A stretch of 64,000 nt of DNA, taken from assembly GCA_976226885.1 (NCBI GenBank), contig OZ320319.1, positions 59,582,001 through 59,646,000 on the forward strand, read 5' to 3'. The first letter of the stretch is position 1. Each line of letters starts with the position of its first letter. Source of the stretch: Iphione sp. A-MEVVRFRX5 (lineage: Eukaryota). The position numbers and the translations under genes were made by a program. The notes below the pieces were generated by a model. The model searched no databases. It was not told the origin of the DNA and worked only from the letters and a program-made list of their open reading frames with translations. Positions 53,601-62,600 of this stretch are shown in pieces.

Positions 53601-56600
53601 GACCTCTGGCTCTGGCTCACCTGTTCGTTGAAAATCATATTACAGACGTATTAATAATGTGCTTATTCTTGACTAGGGTTCCTAATTTGAATTCCTTATA
53701 AAGCAGTAAGCAATTTATATTATACCTAGGCCCAGACGGGAATATTTGAACCTAAAGTGTATATATGCTAGGAATTAATTTAATATTGGATAAGTATGCG
53801 AATCATTAATCATAATGATTTTCTGACCAAAATGCAAATGTCACTCAATATCAGGCATCTACTGAAGTCTGAAGAACCAGTCAACTAGCAAACATGACAT
53901 GCGATTCAATAATTCATAACAGAAACAATGTCAACTAGCTGAAGAGATGACTACTCATCTATTGAAAGTAACCAACAGTACGTAATAAACAGCAGCAGAT
54001 AAAATGCGCAGTGTAGGCAGAAACAATGATAAGCAGATGCAAACAGTCGCGCAGACTCCAAATAAAATGTTTCTTCTATCGGCCAAAACTATGGAGGAAA
54101 TGTTTGAATCCAGTGGGCAGTATAACTGAAAGCTGATAAAATAAAAGTTCACAGCAAGCGCACAACATGATCGCGCATATGTAGATATATACATTTTGCT
54201 TTATTCAACCCTGGAACGAAGGTTGTATATAATGAACCAGGCAGGCAGTGTTAAGAGCATATGACCGCCAGTTACTTGCGTACAAATGCAAAACGTTCCC
54301 ATGCTCATTCAGTGCTGGATAATCGCATATTCTTGCAACAGTAACAGTTGAATATGTTTCAACAGATGTATCCAGCATTCAAATCTGACCTGATACTTGG
54401 CAAACCAAGCGAATCTCTTCTCCGAAGTCTACAAGTACAGGCTCCGGGCGACGAACAAACTTGGGTGCCTTGCCTGCCTCCTCTTCTTCGGAAGAAGACT
54501 CTTCTTCAGAAGAGGTTTCCTCCGGTTCGGAACCTTCAATAGATACAATTGTCAAACCACTAGCGATTTGGGTCACATCCTTTTGTACTCCAGTCAACAC
54601 AGCTGTTTCTGTAACCTGGGACTCCTTCGTGTCAATACTTATAGTTGTAGCAGTTTCGGCAACTTCAGTGGTTTCTTCGGTTGTCTGTGCACTAACTTTT
54701 TCACTCACATCCGCCACTTCCATAATGTCTGATACATTAATAGCTTTTGGCTCTGGTTCTTTTGCAGCTTCAGCTTCTGGCTTCTTAATAGATTCAGGCT
54801 CTGGTTTCTTAACATCTTCAACCTCTGGTTTCTTGGTTACCTCAGGTTCTGGTTCCTTCTGTTCTTTTGGTTCTTTTGTAACATCAGGTTCTACTTTCTT
54901 TGCAACTTCTGGTTTTGGTGCTCCCTTTACTTCAGGCTCTGGTTCCTTGGAGACTTCAGGCTCTGGTTTCTTGGCAACATCAGGCTCTGGTTCCTTCTTT
55001 ATCTCTGGTTCCTTAGTAACTTTAGGCTCTGGTTTCTTGGCAACATCAGGCTCTGGTTCCTTCTTTATGTCTGGTTCCTTAACAACTTCAGGCTCTGGTT
55101 TCTTGGCAACTTCAGGCTCTACCTCCTTTTTAACCTCTGGTTCTTTAACAACTTCAGGCTCTGGTTCCATCTTTAGCCCTGGTTCTTTAACAACTTCAGG
55201 CTCTGGTTTCTTGGTAACATCAGGCTCTACCTCCTTCTTTACCTCTGGTTCCTTAACAACTTCAGGCTCTGGTTTCTTAGCAACTTCAGGCTCTACCTCC
55301 TTCTTGACCTCTGGTTCTCTAACAACTTCAGGCTCTGTTTCCATCTTTAGCCCTGGTTCCTTAACAACTTCAGGCTCTGGTTTCTTGGTAACATCAGGCT
55401 CTACCTCCTTCTTAACCTCTGGTTCTCTAACAACTTCAGGCTCTGGTTTCCTGGCGACTTCAGGCTCTAACTCCTCCTTAACCTCTGGTTCCTTAACAAC
55501 TTCAGCCTTAGCTTTTTTGGCAACTTCAGGCTCTACCTCCTTCTTCACTTCTGGTTCCTTAATATCTTCAGGTTTTGGTTTTTTAACAACTTCAGGCTCT
55601 GGTTCCTTCTTAGCTACTGGTTCTTTAATAACTTTAGGCTCTGGTTCCTTAACTACTTCAGGTTGTGGCTCCTTCTCTACTTCTGGTTCCTTGATAACTT
55701 CAGGCTCTGGTTTCTTAGCAATCTCTGGCTCTGGCTCCTGAGCCACTTCAGGTTTGGGTTCCTTCTGTACCTCTGGTTCCATAACAGCAACAGGCTCTTC
55801 CCCAGGTTCCTTAGAAACTTGAGCCTCTGGTTTCCTAGCTATTTCTGGCTGTTGTTCCTTAGCAACTGCTGGCTTTTCTTCCTTGGCAGCCTCAGTCTCT
55901 GACTCCTTCCTGACCTCTGGTTCCTTAACAGCTTCAGGTTCTGTTTTCTCAGGAACTTCAGATGCTGGTTTTCTTGGTGTTTCAGCCTCTGGCCCCTTAG
56001 TTACCTCATCTTTCGGCTCCTGAGGAACCTCAGGCTTTGGTTTCTGCACAACTTCTGGTTCTGGTTCATTCTTGACTTTAGGCTCTACTTCTTCAGTAAC
56101 CTTCGGCACTGCTTTTTTCACAACTTCAGGTTCTTTGGGGATTTCAGGCTCTGCCTTCTTGGGAGTTTCTAGTTCTTTTGGGACTTCTGGTTTGGTTTGC
56201 TCTTTGAGCTCTAGGGTCTGAGACAGTGCAACGTCTTCAACTGTCTTCTTTCTGCGTGACATCCCTACATCTACATCAAAGTTACAATCAAATACTCCAT
56301 GTTCATTGATAGCTTTGACGGTGTACTCCCCAGCATCCTCCTCGGTGGCATTGTTAATTTCCAGTAAGTATACGTCTGTCTTCATATCCCAGATAATTTT
56401 AATTCGCTTGTCAGATCTTTTCACCTTGATAAGTTTACCGTCCTTATACCACTCTACCTCTGGCTCTGGTTCACCTGTTGAGGTCAAATTCAGATAATGT
56501 GTAAACATTCTTTCAAGCAATATACAACTATGTTGGATTAAATGTTCATTATTCAAAAGACAGTCGAGTATCTCCAAAGATGCAATAAACAGGTAAGTGG

Positions 56601-59600
56601 AGGTACATTCAATTCTGCAAAAACGTTTTGCTCCTATTGCTTGTACAAAGGTAAAGCAATAGTGGGTACTGAATAAAAGTTAATCAGCAAATTTTTATCA
56701 GTGTGATTTCATTAACATTGGACATTATCAATAGCTGCCTACTGTCATGCAGCTTCGTAGTATTAAATATCATACACAGCTGGTGTTTGGGTGCTAGTCA
56801 GATTATTTCCTTGTAAACTTTGTAATGTTAAATATCATACACAGCATCTATTGTTTTCATTTGATTGAACATATCTTTTAAATGTGTCTGTTGGGGTGCT
56901 AGTCAAAGCTCAATCAACAAGGGGATTATTTCCTTGTAAACTGTCCATGTCACAAGCCTTCACAGTAGCAAGGAAATGTCTCAAGTTAACAACGCAACAG
57001 GTTTCTTGAGGAATATTTCTTCCTAACCTGACACTTTACAGCGCAGGGTGATGAGGTGGCCAACTTCCACCGAGACAGCTTGTTGGTCTACAACAATGTG
57101 TGGTGAACCATCGTCTACTGAACTTGATGCACTATCACTGGGATATTCATGACCTCTGCTTTCTATGGGTTGCTTTTCTCCTTGCGGCAGTTGTCCTGTA
57201 ACTGCCTTAGGTTCGTCTACATGCTCTTTCAAAGGTTCTGATGATGGTTTTGGTGATAGCTCAAAGGGTGCTACTTGAACTGGTTCCGAAATTGATTCCT
57301 TGGTATCTATTAATGAAGATGCTGTGACAGATTCTACTACTTTTGCAGGCGTTATTACAGTTTCTTGCACCACCTTTGAAACTCCTTTCTTTTCTTCTCT
57401 TAGAGCTTCAAAACCACCAACACGGACTTGCACCTCTTTGACGGCTGAACCATGAACATTGTTTGCTTCAACTTTGTATATTCCTGCATCCTCAGACGTA
57501 GCATTACGCACAGTGAGGACATATTCATCAGTGCTTATTGACCAGTCGATTTTTATACGCTTCGACCATCTGGACATCTTGAGCTGTTCATCGCCTTTGT
57601 ACCATTTGATATCTGGGTCGGGTTCACCTAGTCCAAATGGTTACAAGAAATGTTAGGATTTTGGAGATGTAGCAATCATAGCTACTATAGTATCTGTACG
57701 TGACAAAGTGAAAAATACGTATAACATAACAGCATGGATAACCATCATCAAGGATCGTACATGCATGAGGCAAATGTTCCAAACTCTCTCCTAGGTACCT
57801 GAATGCGCTGCTTCTTCATGCTCTTCACATCTACCCAGACAAAAAGATGCACATGAAAATAGCACACTAAAGTATTTCTACCTTTGTCTATGACATTCAA
57901 ATGTAAGGCCTGAAAATGAATACAAAAATAAGGACCTAAGGCTCTACATACCACACAATAAACCGGCAACTAAGGGTTCATAATTACTATGATAAACATA
58001 AGTTCGACGCCTATGGAGATCAAGCCTGAGCAAATGACTTATTCCTTGCCTTTCACTTTGTATGTGAGTCGAATTGTGTCACCCACATCGACAACCACTC
58101 CCTCCGGCTCCACCTCAAATACTGGGGCACCCGGTGCTGGCAAATTCTCTAGGTCAAGGTCATTTGGCTCTTGTGCCACAGCTTTATTGGTGGCTAACTT
58201 CTTATTATCATGGTGTCTTTTAGTGGGTTTCCTCTTTTTTTCCTCATCCGATGGCGTAGCCTTTCTTTTGCCTTTTCGGTGCTCATCGGTTTTACCGTAT
58301 GGAAGAGCTGAATCTGACAAGGCATCATCACTATATCCTGAAGAATCTGAATCCCATGGCTTGCCACCTGTCTTTAAACTCAAGATCTCTTTGATGGACT
58401 CATGCTGCTTGCGCTTCTTTTTCTTTTTCTTGCTTGACATATGCAAGTTATCATCTCCTGCCACGCTGCCTTCACTTGACCCCTCTTCGCCACTCCCGAG
58501 CCTGTCTCGAGTTTTGGCAGCAGGGGAGGAAAGACTGCGACTGTTCTCAGACTGAACCATGTCACTTCTCAAATCCATTCTATTATTTGCAGCCTTTTCA
58601 TCAACGTCGGTGTGTCTGTCAGCTTCACTTATTCTTGTATCTGGGGGTATATTATTTGTTTCAGGTACATTTCCACTCTGGCGAGCGTTTTTCTTTACAG
58701 AGAGATCATTAGTTCTGTCAGTTTGAGAGCTGTGTACATTTCGCAGATCTTTTATAGCTGTTATGCCTGTGTCTTCTTCAGTAGGGGTAGACATCAATAC
58801 TATCTCTACAGGAGCATTTGTTTGGAGATGCATGCCAACTGATTCTGATTGGCTCGGCGATGCTTCTGTTGGTACCTTGAAACTCTTTTTCGATGTATCA
58901 TCATAGAGAGGCGAGATGCCAGTATCAGTAGTAACAACCTTACCACCACATGTGGCTTGATTGTCCTGCGTGTTAGGCCAGCTCATATCCATCAGATTCT
59001 CAATTGATTTCGTATCAGAATCAGCCTCATTACCCGATGGCCACTTATTTAATTTCTGGATTGGATCGAAATCAGAGAGGTCGATCAGATCTTGGAAGGG
59101 TTCGATTTTACTCGAGTCTCTACTGAAAACAGTTTTAGATTGATCTGAATCAGGAACCTGCGCTGGTTGGTTTGAAGCAGGAGCATCAGTAAGAGGTTCT
59201 GTCGATTCTTTGGGAGCAGCACCAGTTTGAAGTTTATTAGAACTGGCGACAATCTCCAAGGAGGTTCCTTTAGGAATAATAGTTTCCGGGGACTCAAATG
59301 GCAGTACAGAGGAAGGCTCGACCTTGACCTTGACAGCACAGGCAACCTTGGCTTTTGGATTAGACGCAATAAGAGAATAGTAGCCGGAATCGGAGGGTTT
59401 AGCATCCAGAATCTCTAGAATATAGAGATCTTGCTGGCCAGCCATGTGGATCCGGACACGGGGGCAAGATTTGTCTGACTTGACCCTGACCCCATCCTTG
59501 AACCACCTGACCTTGAGACCGGGCTCATCTGTAAGGCAGAATCACATGACAAACCAAAGGGGGAATTATATCGGGAGCTGACATACAGCCTTTTCAAACA

Positions 59601-62600
59601 ACCACGAGGAGCAGGGTTGTATGTTGAAACCATTCTTACATCCATCTTTGAACACATTGTGCAAGGGAGTTGAGACCATACTCACTTTACAGTTAGTATT
59701 CAGACGGTAAAGTGCACCACAATTTAAGAGGAGTTACTTGAAAGAGAGGGAAACACCACTGAACACCTTCAAGATTATTTTTAGAGGTGATTGTTACTAG
59801 TATTAGGTCTCCTTATTGACGGTACAGAACATATATTTCACATTGTTATGAACACTCTTAGATTATGAAAGTCTGCAAGAAAAGGAAAAGGCGGAGGCAG
59901 TCAATTCGAAAGCAAAAGACAGACTTTTCACCTTCAGTGATCAGAACATTTGGACAAGTAAATAATCACGAATCTCAAAAGATATTCACCTTTAACTTTG
60001 CAGGTGAGCCTTATGGTTTCCCCTTCCTTAATAGCCACTGGTTCAGGTGCTGCAATGATCTGTGGGGCTGGGCCTTTGACAACCTCTGCCGCAGCAACCT
60101 CTTCCTACAACATCAACGATCAAAACGAACTGGATATGATATCAAGTTAACAGTGTGCCCTCGCAAATGTGCATAACGTTCATTAATATTTTTGACAATA
60201 AATGCCTTTGAACAACATTGTTCGAGAAGTAACATTTCGAATGGCGATTCCTTTCTACACTATGAAACCTTATCATTCTGATAATTCTTATATTTTGTGT
60301 AATTCTCATATTAATGAGATAATTTCAGTTTATCAAATAATGGCAATTTACCTGAACTGCTGGCACTTTGACAATATCCTCGGTTTCACCTTCAGTGCTG
60401 AGTCCAACCTCATTCTCGGCATAAACCCTGAAGATATACTCATGGCTTGCCTTGACGTTGTCAACAGTGAAGGTGAACGTTTTGCCATCGACTGTGCCGG
60501 CTTCTCGGAACTTCTTTTTCTCCATATCCCTCATAACAATGGTATACTTGCTGATATCGGCATTGCCATCAGCCTCTGGCATTTCCCAGGTGATGGTGAC
60601 TGATTCTGAGGTTACCTGACGTACTTTGATGTTTCGAGGAGGAGAAGGGACTGCCTTTGGCTTTTCTTCTTTTGGCTTTTCTTGTGTGATAGGTTTCTTC
60701 TCTTCTTCAACAGGTTTCTCTTGTACTGGTTTCTTTTCCTCAGTAACTGGTTTCTCTTCCTCCACAATGGGTTTCTTCTCTTCTAGAACTGGTTTCTCTT
60801 CTGCAACTGGTTTCCTCTCTTCTACTGCTGGTTTCTCTTCTGCAACCAACTTCTCCTCTACGACTGGTTTCTTCTCTTCTACTAGTGGTTTCTCTTCTGC
60901 AACAGGTCTTGTTTCTTCCACAGTTGGTTTCTCTTCTGCAACTGGCTTTTTATCTGCCACAATCGGCTTCTCTTCAACAAGTGGCTTTTTCTCTTCTACA
61001 ACTGGTTTTTCTTCAGCAGCAGGTTTCTTCTCTTCCACAACTGGTTTTTCTTCAACTTTCTTTTCCTCCACAGTAGGTTTCTCTTCAGTCAGTGGCTTCT
61101 TTTCTTCAATGACAGGTTTTTCCTCAGCTGGCGCTGATGCAGCTGTTATCACTTTACCTGCTTCAGCCTTCAATGCAGCTTCTTGAGAGATCACTGTCCG
61201 CTTCTCTGGTACGAGAATCGGGGTCGCCAACTCTGCGCCTACTGCGCTTACTCCAGCATCATTCTCCGCATAGCACACTATGTTGTACTCGTGGCCTACC
61301 TTGATTTTGTCACTAATAACAAGACTGAAGGTGGAGCTATCCACCCTTCCCACTTTGCGGAACTTCTTGTTGGAGGCAGCATCTCTCATGACGACGACAT
61401 AGTTGGTGACCAGTGACCCTCCGTCGCTCTCAGGAGCCTCCCACGTGATAGTGATGGCATCTGGTTGTGCTTCTGTCACGCGTAGGCTCTTGGGTGCAGA
61501 CGGTGCTGCAGGTTTGCCTGTGAATACAAAATTCTCTTGATAATGGACCAAATAGGATATGAAAGTGTCGTTCTGTACATTGGTAACAGCATAGATTACA
61601 TCATACGCATAACCAAAAGGTTGCACGTTCCGACTGAATTACAATTTGAATAGATCTCGTTTTTTCCATTCATATACGATTTTGAGTAGCACAAAAGTAA
61701 TCTAATAAATTCCTTTAAATATATATATATGCTACTTTTCTAATCACCTGGCCTAGGTTCTAGCCTTTCCTCAGGCTTCGCAGGTTTCTTCGCTTCTTTA
61801 GTGGTGACAGATTCGGGTAACTCCGTTGGTTTGCTCTTTCCTTCTGAATTCTGAGCTGTGACCTGCAAATGGTCCAATCGAACATATTCGTTCCAGAATA
61901 TCACGGTCGCTTTATATTTTAAGAAAATTCAAGAATATATCTCTAATATCGTATCTATAAAGGGCAGTTTTGAGTATTATTCCCTGCTTTTAACAACCTG
62001 CTTTTAAGGGTGTAGCATGGTTAGGCTTAGCAGGAGTTGAAAAAGCAGATGTTTTAAGGGAACATTTATCAACTGACCTTAACTTTGTACTCAGTTCCTG
62101 GCGTAAGACCTGTGAGGGTTGCAGAACGTGTGATGCTATCGACAGTCATTGCTGGCACAAAGACGCCCCCTTCTTCCTGGATCTCAATGAAGTATGCCAG
62201 AACGCGGGCGCCACCGTCACTCTCTGGAGGTCCCCAAGTGATACTCAAAGACTCGCTTTCCACACGGTCCAACAGGACATTGCGAGGAGCGGTTGGGATA
62301 GCTGCAATGAAGTTAACGTAGGAATAGTCTCGCGGTTTCACTACGTAGATACAATCCAATGAAAAAAGCTCAGATCGTATATGAAGAGGGCACATTCACT
62401 GAATGCTATACTGGAAGAAAACCGAACATTATATTTTCAGTAGAAAGCAATGTTTTGTTTTGTGTTCCAATTTTCTGCCTGGCATGTTATTTTATTTACA
62501 TAGTGCAAAACTATATATTTAATTGAATAATGTTGCCCAAATTGTTTAGCTCTCTATCAGAATTACTTTTTAAAAGTTCGAACAGCCATGCAAATAACGT

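Noticed and set aside
54461-55741. 426-aa plus-strand Ser/Gly/Thr/Phe ORF, and many similar antisense ORFs (e.g. 19258-19959, 24820-25389, 60626-61186)
   Set aside because: Mirror frames of repetitive minus-strand coding exons; no independent gene signal.
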